NCBI RefSeq assembly: GCF_008831285.2
Contig: NC_045138.2
Span: 16,430,001 to 16,494,000, forward strand
Origin: Nymphaea colorata
Lineage: Eukaryota
Reading direction: 5' to 3'
Length of the DNA: 64,000 bases
Numbering within the stretch: position 1 is the first letter of the stretch; every line of letters starts with the position of its first letter. Positions 1 through 12,817 of this stretch are shown one piece after another. The notes beneath the pieces were generated by a model that saw only the letters and a program-made list of their open reading frames with translations, did no database searches and was not told the DNA's origin. The translations under genes and the position numbers were made by a program.

Positions 1-1847
1 ATGAGAACGCGAAAGCCTTCAGAGTTTGTAGTCGAAGAACTTTTTCGATCTGTAATAAAAATCTTACAACAGAAACCGAAAAGAGACGCATTTCTAAAAC
101 AAGCATTCGGGGGCATTTGATAACCCTCAAAAAGATTTCACGGTCTACTGAGAGGTTGAAGCATCATTTCATCATACATATTCAAATAAAAAAAGAAAAA
201 AAGTGAAATCCTTTCATTCTGTAAAGGCCAGAAAAATAAATTGGATACAGTGGATACAGTCACATAAACACACAAAAACATGCTGTCCAACAGTCCATGT
301 ATGTTATAATTAACGGGATTACTGTACAAAAAATTGAAACTCAAAGAAATCTTTCTGCCTGTAATTAAGAAGAGTACTTTCGTCGCTTTACCTGTTACAA
401 GAGCGATATACCCTGCTTTATGACATCTCCACCCTTTCCGACACACTATGGTGACTGCAACACAGGGAAAAATGAAAGTAAAAACTTTATGACGGGAAAG
501 AAATAAGCAGGGAAGCTTACAGACCATCAGATAGTGAGAAAAATATCAAGCGATCATCAAATAACCTGTGTGTGGTTCGTGCATCCTGACCCGGCCACTG
601 GTGAGGCCCATGTATTATTTTGTTCAATTAATTAAACAAATGGATGTCTTTATCATGTTTTATTCTGTGAAAAAGAACATTAATCAGTCACTTAGGATAC
701 TTGATACAGAGACGAAAACTGGCGGACAGGAGGAGCCTATCTGGTGGCGCCTTCGAAATTTACAAGAAATAAAATTACATTTATTGTAAACCTTTCCTTG
801 GAAACTTACAGATCCTCTTAAAATTTTGGAAAATTCACAACCTACATTCGTTGCAAGAAAAAGCTCAGAACTTTTCACTGAACAAAATCGTAAGATTGTG
901 TTTTACAGTTGGAAGCATATTGATAAGGAAAAATTGAAATCAACAGGCTACCGGATGTCGTCAGATGCTTAATGTCTAAAACCTAACAACTAAAAGCACC
1001 ATTAATTTAAAACTCCATTAAATCACCTTAAATCTAATAGTCTTTTCACGACTGATATTTTTGTCTCCTCCAGTTTGCCCTTACATGGGACGGCTTCCTT
1101 TTCAAATACAAGGGCATCTTAGTCATTTCGGTCTCAAATTTCCACCACCCTTGTTCGGGGCGAACATACAACAATTTCCGAAACGAGCTACCCTCTATTT
1201 TTCTGTTATTTTTCACATCTAAACATTGAACGTAAGGATAAAGGATAGTGGAATAAAGAGAGAAAGCCGATAAAATGGGAATATATAACAAATTTGAGAA
1301 TAAGAGGTCCCCTAAATACAAAAACAAAGAGAGAGAAAAGAAATGTGGGAGAGAGGTATAGTAGTCGAGGGCCAATAAGAGAAAATCTTCTCTTGTTTTA
1401 GGACTAGTTTTTCCCACCTCTTCTCTCTGTCCCCACATTTATTTCGATCTCTTCCTTTCTACTTCTCTATTTCCACCTACTCCGAGAGAGAGCAATGATG
1501 GTAGAAGACGACTCTAAGAAAGAGGGGGACAAAGAAAATTGAATTAGAATGGAACGGCATGAAACGGTCAGCATACACAAATATGTCTGAAGACTTAACA
1601 TATATATCTTTGTCGGCATACAACATAATATACGAGTATATCATAGATATTATTTGTATAATCTTCTCTATATTTTGGTACCAAAACAAGCAATAGTTGT
1701 CGAGTTCTGCACCAACTTGTGGATGCAGTTGTGTTAGTTTCTCAATCTATCAATCTATTTCTCATTTCAAAGTATTAAAGCTTGCAGATATTGATTATAA
1801 CCTCACGTCCGAAGAAAGAAAAATTAAAGAACACAAATGGAGCTCAC

Positions 1848-2670
1848 CCTTTATGCACGTCCCAGTCTTCGGATCCCACTGTAGACCACCGTTGCATTTA
1901 CAGCGCCTTGTTCCATTGCCTGCGCTCTGATCCTTCAAGCATGTTGAGTTGGGCACCGCCTCCGAGCAGTCCGTCTGGTTCTGGCACTCTAATTCAGGCG
2001 GGGATGCCCATTGCACCTGCACTCCTTCCTGCCACTCTTGTACAGGCAACTTATCGTCCAGGTTCACGAAGCTCCTGTATGCCGTACAACTCCTGGCGAT
2101 TATATTGTATGATAATACGGTGCCTCCCACTCTGGCGGTGCAGCAAATGTTCCAACTCCGGCAGCTTGCCATCTCCGGCGGCGCCTGGTTCAGATAGGTC
2201 CAGCAACTGCTTCCGTTGGAGCTCTGAGTGGAGCAGTCGTATATTTCTCTTCTCATAAACTGAGCGGAGCAATTCAGCATGAAGACCGTGTTACCCGTTG
2301 TGAAATTGAACGGCAGACTATGGTTCAGCTTAACGCCCTCGTAGACGAAATCGGTCGTTCGGCACGAATTTCCGATCAGTCTTGCCGGTTGAATGATGAA
2401 TGTCTGCGACTGGGGATCGATGCTTGAAATGGGATATTCTGTCCCGTTTATGCTTTTCAAGAACAGAGCACCAGCGGATGTGTTGCAGAAGACCGGGTAC
2501 TTGGGATCGCCGCATCCTGGTGATGTGCTGAGGGGGTAGGCAACGGCGGTCGAGCCGCAATTTCCGCACTGTTTTCCTGCGGAACAGCTTAAAAGGAGGA
2601 GGATGGTGAGGCAGAAGATTGAAACTCCGGTGGACGGTAAGTGAATCAGAGAGGCATGACCAACTTCCAT
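1848..2670 (-). CDS. Wall-associated receptor kinase-like (WAKL15/WAKL20-type), exon 1 (signal peptide + Cys-rich GUB_WAK-type ectodomain + EGF-like module); downstream exons not located in window
   Basis: The ORF from ATG 2670 has a hydrophobic signal region, then CGNCGSTAVAYPLSTSPGCGDPKY, and ends in C-x5-C...RRCKCNGGLQWDPKTGTC. It is collinear with exon 1 of the plus-strand WAKL. A phase-1 donor G|GTGAGC at 1847 sits at the same position as in the paralogue. Confidence 0.88.
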
Positions 2671-5600
2671 GGCGGTGGCGTCCGGTCGGCACTCAAAGTT
2701 TCAAACTCTAGTCAGTTTATGCTATCGCAGCCAGCTCTCTCATCGCAGCTGTGACTATTTCCGGGGGAATGTTACCGATAACTTTCTCCCAGGCAGAGAG
2801 AAACGAACGTTTTGGTATCCTTTTTATAGATATTTAAGAGAACAAATTGCTATCAACTTTTTAATTAACTTGATTTAATATGCGATGTGCAAGAATAAGT
2901 TAAGATAAATGCATCTGCTTGTCTTAATTAACTAACCATACTTTTGGCATATTAGAATTTCTAGGAGATTTGTTGTATATTGCAAGAGCCACCAGCTACT
3001 TTGAACAAAGGGAAGGCCAAAATAAATGTTAATAATAAAAAATTAGGTTGGGGGGATCACCAAGTATCATTAATTTACTGATGAGTGATTGATGACTCTT
3101 CCATAAAACTGCCCCATAATTACTATGACCTCAGGATGAAAGTAATATTTATCGTTTTTTCATTATCATAACGAATTATTATAACCAAATGCGAGAAAGT
3201 TTCGGTTGAAACTCAGTTGTAAAGGAGAGTGCAAAATGAATAATTATGTCCACCCTTTAAAAAAAAAAGGGTGGTAGTTTGGCAGCATGGACTCTATTAT
3301 TTCTCAAAGAAAAGGGAGATTCGTAAAACAATAGTTTAGTGTCTCATGAACCTTTCAAACAGATTCAGGGAACAATCACAAAGTATCTATGCTGCCAAAG
3401 GATCTCTTATTCTTTCGATTACCAACTAAACTCTTTTATTTAAATTAATGTTAAAGATCATGTGCCTGAATTGCGTTTCTGCAGTCATCGGATTTCAGCC
3501 ATGTAAAATGCCAACAATTGCTGAACGTATGTCCCAAACTTCAGGATTACTATATTCCAAACTCTTAAGTGCATCTCTTCTTTGAAAAACAAACTTTAGA
3601 TCATAGAAGCCCATTTCTCGATGGGTTTAATTAAGCTAATCTAAGAGACGATTATACTGTTTATGGATCGAGTTCGCGCAATAAATTTGACGAAACATAC
3701 CTTCCAAGTTCATTTTTAAAACGGAAACCAATATTTTTTGGCAGTTAAATTGCATCCAACGGAAATCACAGTTTAAGCGTCCGGTCGAGTTCTCTAATTG
3801 GATAGATTCGCAGAGTGCCAGCCAGACAGACGTTGGAACCAGGACTGCCCAACTGCAGACAATTTTTAATTGTTCAACCCGAAGCTGAGTTTGGAGGCCA
3901 CAATAAATAGCCACAGGTCCACTTGAAGGCGGATAGATGCCTTGGTAGGTGAATTAAAGATGTCTTGGGGGTTCATGTATCTCATTTCTTCTCATCCGGT
4001 TTCGGCACTATTCATTTGAAAATTAAGTTGCGTGCGGAGACTTGCTAAGGCCCCGTTTTACTTATAATCTGGTCACGCCGATCTCTATCTCCTTCCTGCT
4101 CTGAGTTTAACTGCATTAAGAAAACAACCTTCCCTATCAAGCCCCCAAAACCAGATCCTCTGCATTATGGTATATCCTTCAAGTCAAGTGTCGTACTTGT
4201 GGGTGTCTGTTCTGTGTGTTCATCTGAGAGAGAGAATACAAGAGATCTGTGCGACTGTAGACGTAGGAGATTATTGCTCTGAACCACATAAATCGTTGTC
4301 TTCTTTTTTGTTGCTTCTAACCTTTTCTTGAGAGTGCGAGAAGAGAGTTTATTGTGTTTTGTTCCTAACATATCCTTTATATGGCACTTGTTATTGTTTG
4401 AAGTTTCCTGAATGAGATTCAAACCTGAAACTCCTTAAATTTTTGCCGTCCCACCCAATTAAGTTGACCATCGGGGTGATGCTTTAATGCTGTTGGAGAC
4501 GGCCATTTAATTATGTCTGCATGACAAAGATGTGCTGATTTCTTGCTACCGATCGATGGGCACTCATTCCACCGGTTGTTGGATGATTGCAGAAATCCAA
4601 TAATGTGAGGCTGTGGCTGCACTGTACGCTTCTTTAAAGCTGTTCCTAGACATATTTGAACTGTTTTTCTAGAAAATGAACGCTATTCATAGAACCATTT
4701 GGACTGCTTTTTTGGCATTAAAACGAGAACTTCTTACCATTGAGAAATTGGGAAGGCTGGGTGCACAGTTAGCAAACTGATGCCCAGTTTAGAAGGAAGT
4801 CTGTGAATCCAATGGCTACATATTTCTTACCACAAACTGAGAGCTCCTTTAAAATGAAAAAAAAAAAAAAAAATCACTCATGAAAGCAATTACAAGGCTA
4901 AAGGGCAGGGGTTTTGAAAATATTTTAGGATGTCATTCTCGGTTTTTTGTTATAGTGCTTGTAAATCCGTATGACAAAATCTAATAAAAAATAGAAGGCA
5001 TTTATTTAACTGTCGATTTGAGATCCCCTCCCATTTCAATTCTTTTTTGCACGACCCACTGTTTATACAAACTGTGGATTTCTATATGATGGAGAATAGT
5101 TGATCGAACGCTAGCATTCAATAAAGAAAAGAAGGAAAGTTTGGTAATTTGATAAAAAAATGTTTTCTATACTCTTTTTTATTTTTTTCGTTTTCATTTT
5201 TGTTTTTACAAAAAGTTTTTTCAATCATTAACCATAGTAACTTATAGCGCATATAATCAGGTCCGCCTTGAAACCGTTTCTTAAATTTTTATTCTTGTAA
5301 AATCTGTCACGTCCATGTGTATATGATTTTGATGCGGAAAACACTATAAATTTATATTTATATTTATATATGTATATGAAAACGAAAGTTTTAGTATCTA
5401 TACAAACGTTTAGTAATCAATGACTTTTTTATCAATTATGATTTTGTCTAAGATGACTTTCACATACAGTTCCCACGTACCCGAGATATCTACCCAATTA
5501 ATTTTTTAAAAGAAAGTATAAGGATGAAAGAATTGGTCCTTTTATATCTGTGCGTTTGGGGAATTCCAATTTGCCAGATGCTGGATATTACCAGATGGCT

Positions 5601-6272
5601 TTAAAAAATCAAAATCCTTAAACGAGCATAGTTTGTGCTAAAAGTGTCACGAACGATTGGTGCACTATAAATTGTTGCCAATGCTTCCTTCAAAACTGTT
5701 TTTGACAATCGGATATCAGCAACTTATATATATACATATATATAGTGAATTAACTTTGAAAGATATCTTTGTCAAATAGCTCATCAAAACTCTCTCGTTT
5801 TCTTTTTCTTTTAGCTTAACATAGGCACCTTTTTTTCGTCGGGCTTTGTGCCTCGTCTTGTACAGGAAAATGTACATTTTGTCATTCTTCTGACTACGGC
5901 TGGATGATTGTGTCGCTCCGTCTTCTCATTCTCTCCTCACACCTCTTATTTTGTTTTACTGTATTGTATTGTATATTTTGTCTTTTTGTATATTTTGTCT
6001 TTTTGCTTCTGTTTTACTTTTGTTAGTGTAATTTGGGACTTCTTATCCCCAAATTTTAATATAGCTCTAATTTTCTCCCTCTTGATGGGTAGAATACTCC
6101 ACCCATTTTCGCCGCTGAAACCTGGCACCACAACAATGGCAAGAGGACTCCGGTGAAGCTCCGGCAGTCCAGTTGATGAGGTGCCAGGAGTTTCCACTCA
6201 TCTATAGCACCATTCCTCGATGCCAGCAGGCCCGCCAGGCCTCCATCGGGATGGCTGAGTCTCGGCGTCGAG

Positions 6273-6741
6273 GAATGGCGCTGGCGGCCGCCAGTTTTGG
6301 TAAAGGAAGTTGGGAAGAGAGGGAGGAGTTAGGGAAGGGACTGCAGAGTGAGGGAGAGAGAGAGGGAGAGAGAGAGGATAGGATAGGAGGGGGAGAGCGC
6401 CGAAAAATATATAAAAAAATGGGCAGTGTGATCAGCTGGCCATTTGATAAATAAATGATGGGGAAAACAACAAATAGATAGCAATAAAGATCGGACCGCT
6501 CCGGTCAGGTGTGTATTGGACAAATAAATGTCATAAACCATGGCTGCATGATTTATTTCTCAAATGGACGGCTAATCAAAGCCGTTCGATCTAAATCAGA
6601 CGGCTCTCACGCTGTCCATTTGTTTATTTATTTATTTATTTTCTCACATGCACTCATCTTCCGTTACTCCCTTCCTCCCTCTCTCAATTCCCCCATCCTT
6701 CCAACTTTATTTACCAACGCTAGTGGCCACCAGTGCTATTC
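6273..6741. mobile_element. Fold-back / long-TIR (MULE-like) non-autonomous element core
   Basis: Imperfect inverted repeat: GAATGGCGCTGGCGGCCGCCAGTTTTGGTAAAGGAAGTTGG (6273-) matches the reverse complement of ~6700-6741. An inner pair AAATGGGCAGTGTGA...CCATTTGATAAATAAAT (~6418-6457) matches ATTTATTTCTCAAATGG...TCACGCTGTCCATTT (~6551-6621). Outer termini and TSD not resolved. Confidence 0.55.
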
Positions 6742-7879
6742 ATAACACTGGTGGGCTCGTTGGGGGCTCTCCAACCATCTTATCTTAACCAAGGAAGAAA
6801 AAGAGAGGGTTGTAGAAGGAAGAGTGGCGGCCGCCAATGCCATTCCCCCTTAAGATTGGACACTAGGTCGGGCCACCTCTGAGTACTTGGTATCCCATTC
6901 GACTTGGGCCTAGAAAAAATGAACCCAATCCGGCCCAACTCATTATCGGGTTAGCCCGATAAACATGATTCGGGTTAGATAATTTATTTTTTAAATATAT
7001 ATATATATATATTAACTAAAAGTTTAGTTACAAAAAGTTGGAAACACATCGGCGTCAACTAAAACAGAGCACGGAGGTCAGTTTAGCAACAGTTACATGG
7101 AGGCAAAAATCAATAAAGTGGGGTGAAGTTATACGTCGGGCCACTAACATGAGACCGTGTAAGTATAACGGTATACGTTATAACGGTATAAGCGTTATAA
7201 GCGCCTGAGAAATAACAATGATATTAAACCAACAAACCTCTGTAATAAAGGCAAAACTGGAATTAATACAAATTCATGTATAAATGAATTTATTTATAAT
7301 ATATATATACATACGAATCAAGAAAATAACAAAAAAAAAAAGTAAGTGATTGGATCGACCTACTGCTCAATTTTTTGGTATTGGTCTTATGAACCAGCCT
7401 TATATGTTGGCTTTGAAGTGTGAATAAAAATTTGATAATGTTTTGTTGTTCAGATAACCTTTTGCAAAAGATTCAACATACGTAAGCCCTTGAAGGCACG
7501 ACGGATGTTACTTAAGTTCTAGAGTATTAGGCTGACACAAGGTTTTTTCTTGGATTAGTTTTTATTTTTGTTCTTTAATTATGGTACATAATTATTGATG
7601 TAAAAAATTGTACAAACAAACTGATCACGTCCCTTTGCATAACTTTCTTTTTGTATAGAGGTATATGAATATATGAAGAAATTAATATATAACATTACAG
7701 GAGCAAACGTAATTTAAAGTAAATTTAACTGAAAGTTTTACAACAAGACGCTCATCAACATTTAATGACAGCCAAAACATTACTAAATTTGAAAAACTTT
7801 CTTCCATCTAATTTAAAATTTTAAACTGACGCTCCTCGGTTTTAGCTCAACAGCTGCTCTAAGTGCAAAGATTGTTCAA

Positions 7880-8053
7880 TTTAAACTCTTAAAACCAAAT
7901 GAGTGAGTTTAAACAACTCGAGTTCTTACAACTAGAACTCGACTTGTTTAACACTTCGAGCATACATTTGAACTCAAGCTTGACTCGTTTATAAATGAGT
8001 CGAGTTTTAAGTTCAAGTCGAGCTCGAGCTGTCTTGGCTCATTGTGCAGCATT
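7880..8053. mobile_element. Degenerate hAT-like MITE fragment
   Basis: Dense CTCGA/TCGAG motifs (AACTCGAG, ACTCGACT, GTCGAGCTCGAGC) resembling the subterminal repeats of plant hAT MITEs. No TSD found. Confidence 0.4.
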
Positions 8054-9967
8054 ATACACATATATACATACATACATGTATAGCATATTTGAATCTCTAT
8101 AAATACATACATACATTTATTTATTTATACATACATATAGCCAAATTACTACTGAAAAAGAAAGCAGAAAGCACTCTGTTCACCTAAAGTCCTAAGTAAT
8201 AGAAGGGTTCAATTTTAGGGTCATTAAGACAAAGAAACTATTCTGTTGGTATAATTTAATAAGTAATTAATGATTGCACAGCCACAGGTTGATTAGAGAA
8301 AAAGATTGTGATAAGTTAAAATAATCATTTTCACTGGAAAAAAAAATGAATGAAATACTTTTTAGGCGATTTTTGAAATCGATTGCGACTTTCCATTTGC
8401 ACTAGCTTTACTGGCAAGTAACTTTCCATCAATATGTGAAGTCTCAACTTCAACATGCAATTAAGTCTTTGGGGCCTGCTTAACAAGAATTTCCATGTAG
8501 GCCAAAACTGTATTACGATATCAGTTGAAATGTGCATCAAAGAATAGGAAAGATCTTTGACATAGTGGACAGCAGAAATGAACTTGAGAATGTGAAACAT
8601 ATATTATCAGAGAACAACTTTCATCTTTGGTAGCTAAATATCAGCATAATGAATGAAAATGTATGTGATTTCCTAACTACCAACGTCGCACATCTTCCTT
8701 TTAACTGAACTAGTCCTCAATTCATGCCTTTGTTTGCTTGAAAGGTCACCAAATTAATGATGTAAATGGTTCGAACTTGGGTCGGATTGGTCAGCCTTTA
8801 TTGAATACTACTTAATTAGATTATACACAAATTTAGTGATGTAAATGGTTTTAAGTCAGGCCGGGTATCAAATTTTACTTAATAAGTATTGTCTATAACG
8901 AGATGTAAATTTGAATGCTTGTTTCCCTAAACTTGGATCGATCCTATGCAATCCACTCTTATATTGCTACAAGATTGAAAGTTGGATTTGGCCATGAAAC
9001 TACATAACATAATCTGGTTGGTAATTAGATCTGAATGATTTTGTTTTTTTTTTTCATCAGGTACCACCAAATGCAGCCGAATTTGCATTATTTGGCCAAA
9101 GTCCATGCAGGCTCTACCCTGGCTCAGCTCCTAGAGGGCTCGATCCATGGTCCAACAATGGAAAGACCCAGAAGAAGTGTAGGTTGTGGTTCCACATGGA
9201 AGCTAAATCTGAAACAGACAATGGTTCTGAACACGCATTTCCCATTTCAACAAGGTTGTCGCGTTCAAGAACTTGTCGATTTTCCTTTTCATATACTACA
9301 GATTGATCTGCAGCCCATTCGCACCCATAACCACCCAATTGAAAATGGAACCATATCTGACCTTGCTTCTCAATATAGTTGGCGACGTTGATGGCAACTT
9401 CTGTCTTCTTGTGGAAAAGTTTTCAGCCTGGAATGAGTTGTTCTACTCAGATATTCATTTCTCCTTGCAGTTCCACGTTCGATGCTGCAAACTCATCTGC
9501 TCCTTGACTTCTTTGCTCAGCCGTGCCCGTGACTCTATTTCCCAGACCTTTCGGCCGGAACAGATAGATCGACCATGCAAAGAGCTGAGCAGACATGACC
9601 TTTTATTATGGTTGGACGACATCCGAGACCAAGCTTCTTTGCGATCCCGATAACCAAAAAGAAAGGGAAGAAAAGTACTTGATCCATTGCTAGTCCTTTC
9701 ACATTGACGTCCCCAAAACAAAGCGTTGCTTTCCACAATGATAAAGGCAATAATAAGTAACGCTGATGTCGACAATGAGATAAGATACAAAAACGTACAG
9801 CGTCGCCGAATTGGAGTTCCATCCACAAGTCCAAAAGGGGCTGAACTGAAGTCTTAGGCGCAGAAGGACCCCCATAGACTTTCAAACCTCAACATGCATC
9901 TAGAGATCTGCCAAATTTTAACTTAGAAATTAGCACCATCGAAGCTCAAAGCTATTTTTCTTGTTAC

Positions 9968-10128
9968 TATTTTACTTGGGAAAACCTTTCAGGGCCCAGG
10001 CCGAAAGACCTTGCTTGGGGTGTAAAACTCTTAACGGCTACTCTTTTTTTCGTATTTTACTTCAAAAAACCGCCTCAGGTTGAAAGATTTTGTCGCTTGC
10101 TTTGGGTGTAAAACTCTAACGGCTATTC
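9968..10128. repeat. Imperfect ~85-bp tandem duplication
   Basis: TATTTTACTT...GAAAGA...CTTGCTT(G/T)GGGTGTAAAACTCT(T)AACGGCTA occurs twice (starts ~9968 and ~10053). Confidence 0.7.
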
Positions 10129-10474
10129 CTGGCTCTCTCACATCCATTCCTCGTTCTCTTGGTCTCGGCCTATGTCCGCTTTCGCAAGGAGCAGGTGGCA
10201 CTAGTCACAGTTGACACATATAAGTATCAGCCCACATTGCTCTATTTTTTATAAATTTAAAAACTAATTTTTGAAAGTAAGCCTTTACATCATAGTGAGC
10301 AGATATGGTATTATATGGGCCGTCACGCTATGCAGTGGTGACTTTTCTCTAAAAGTGGTTTGGTTGTCCTTCTTTGGTTTGTCGCTCCGGTTCTCACAAT
10401 CAAGGTGGGGGAGCCCATGTGGAAAGTTGTAAGTAATCAATTCACCCGACCCAATTGAAGTGCAGCATAGGCTA

Positions 10475-10478
<4 letters not shown>

Positions 10479-10521
<43 letters not shown>
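10479..10521. repeat. 43-nt poly(T) homopolymer
   Basis: Uninterrupted T run seen directly. Confidence 0.95.
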
Positions 10522-10526
<5 letters not shown>

Positions 10527-11739
10527 CATCCAATGGCTAGGGTAAGATTGATAGACGGTTAGTCTCTGTTTCAAACTTCTAACTCCTATTACACTAAAAT
10601 AGCCGTGGTTCCTAGGAGAAAGGGAGAAACTTTGGCCTTCACTCACTCCGCGACTTTATTGTCTCTCACCCACCCAAAATATTTGCAATACCTGCATCAT
10701 TGCTGATTTTACTTGATGGCTTGATGAGTTCATATTTATGTATTTTTTCTATGGATTGAAGTTTTTTGTTGTTTTGGTTCGTGTTGTTCGTGTTGATGGG
10801 TCGGGGCTTTGTGCTCATTTCTTGGTTGTTTCATGCTTTGTTTCAAAAAGATTTCCCTCTCCTTCTTCTTTCCATGTTTCGATAGTGACTTTTGATTAAG
10901 ATTGAAGGATTTCCTCTTCAACCGTACCGGTTTTTTTATTAATGGCTATAGTTTGATTATTTCAGGGTTATGGAAATAGCTTCTCATGCTATCAAACAAG
11001 AAAACATGACTGTTGAAATCTTTATCCAATTCTATTACACACTCAACAACAATAGACTGGGTAGCAAATCAAATTTCTAATTCTATTTGTCGTTATGAAT
11101 CTACCATAAAGATGAAGCTAAATTCACATAACACGAGATTTGGTCAAATTCACGAAGCACTCTCGCAATGTTTTCTTTTTCTCAAACAACCCCTAAAGAT
11201 TTGGTCATTAATATATTAGTTCAGCCGATACACATTAGCTCATGTTGACCCATACTGAGCTTTTCTTTATATTTTTTATTAAAACATATTTGATAAATAT
11301 TTTCAATTATTTAATAGAACAAAAATTACTCCAATGTTTTAAAATCTGTATCAGCGGACAGCCGATACCATGAGCATTCAGACGGCGATTTCTCGAGTAA
11401 AGGCAGCTGTTTCTCGGTGTATCGCTATCAAAGCTTTGTCCTACTTGTCTTCTTACCGAAAATATCTATTTAAGCCTTGCCATTTAGTTGTATTTTCCAA
11501 AATGGGTTAGCAACCTTTTATCTTTCCGGTTGCAGGCTTTACTTTTTGCTGATTACTGCCATAGTGGAGGCCAAGTTTTTCAGCCTTGCCTTCCCAAAAG
11601 CTTCAACCGTATGACCTGTCGCTTGGAATTCTGGTCAAAAGGAAGACCATCAAACGGAAAAATATTTTCTGAAGAGACCGTGAAGTGTGAATGCCAAAAG
11701 GCAGGAAAAGTAGCTTCACAGTTCACACTTGCGCGCGCC

Positions 11740-11858
11740 AACCCCAAGTTGACGTTTTCTTGGAAAAGAAACGTTAAAATCGTACACGCCGGCAATATGA
11801 ACCCGAAGTTGACGTTTTCTTGGAAAAGAAACGTTAAAATCGTACACGCCAGCAATAT
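11740..11858. repeat. 60-bp near-perfect tandem duplication ~1 kb upstream of the plus-strand WAKL ATG
   Basis: AACCC(C/G)AAGTTGACGTTTTCTTGGAAAAGAAACGTTAAAATCGTACACGCC(G/A)GCAATAT x2. Confidence 0.92.
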
Positions 11859-12817
11859 CTCATGGTGACGTCCCGTGTAAGAGCATCAAACAAGTCACGG
11901 GACGAGTCAAAACCACGTTCAAGTTGAGTCCGTGATATGTTTTGAATTTCATTGGGAGATTTTTCAAGTGATCCAACAACTTGAAAACTTGTAAAAACTT
12001 AGTCGGTATTGGCTCTCCTGGGTTTGTTATTCACCTGGATATTGACTTGTAAAAACTCAGTTTTACTGTATTTTTAACCATTCGACAGCATGCACATACC
12101 TCGATTGATTTGAATTCCTTTATATATCAAATCAGGTTTAATTATCTAATGACTGTAAGTCCTGGACGACTTATCCGGCGGCCCCGATCAAACACACCGC
12201 TTTCAAACAAGATAAGCCTCCAGCACGGTACCCACTCCCATTCGTGACCTACCTTTCGATCTGGCTCCCACATTTCACCCATGCTCTGTCAAATCAGACT
12301 TTCAACCATAACCATCGGCATCGAAGCTTAGTTGGATCATGGAATTTTGAATTTTATTTTTTATTTAAAACAGTTGGATAAGACGGACAGATCTGGATCC
12401 ACTTCAAAGTCCAAATACACGAATCTTCTTTCTCTATACATACACAAATAAAGGCTGCCTGCAATCCGAGGGGAGACTTCTCATGCCATTCATTCACTTG
12501 GGCAGGACAAATATAACCTGCCCCGCAAACGAGAACCCGTATATGCAATTTTTTACTCTTTGAGACGAGACTTATGAATGATTGAGCAGCATGTGATCTC
12601 CTGTCCCTAAGATTCTTTTTCCCTTCACTCTAAAATGGGACAAGATGACGCGTCGAAAATTTATTGCGAGTGGTTCCGAAAGTCATAAAAGAAGTGCACA
12701 AGTCAAGCCCGCCAGGCCACAACTCCGCCACCGCCATTATCTGCAGCTCCCCACCCCAAACCTTCCTCCTCCACTTCCTTTTGCCCCAAAGTGCAGCTCG
12801 ACCTCGCTCTTCTTGCA

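Noticed and set aside
555..601. Possible exon 2 of the minus-strand WAKL (VAGSGCTNHTQ)
   Set aside because: The acceptor lacks a pyrimidine tract and the downstream donor is in the wrong phase for a WAKL exon 3.
9085..9112. Minus-strand SLHGLWPNN, resembling the RNase T2 active-site motif HGLWP
   Set aside because: Immediately preceded by a stop, with no signal peptide or second active-site motif nearby; likely chance.
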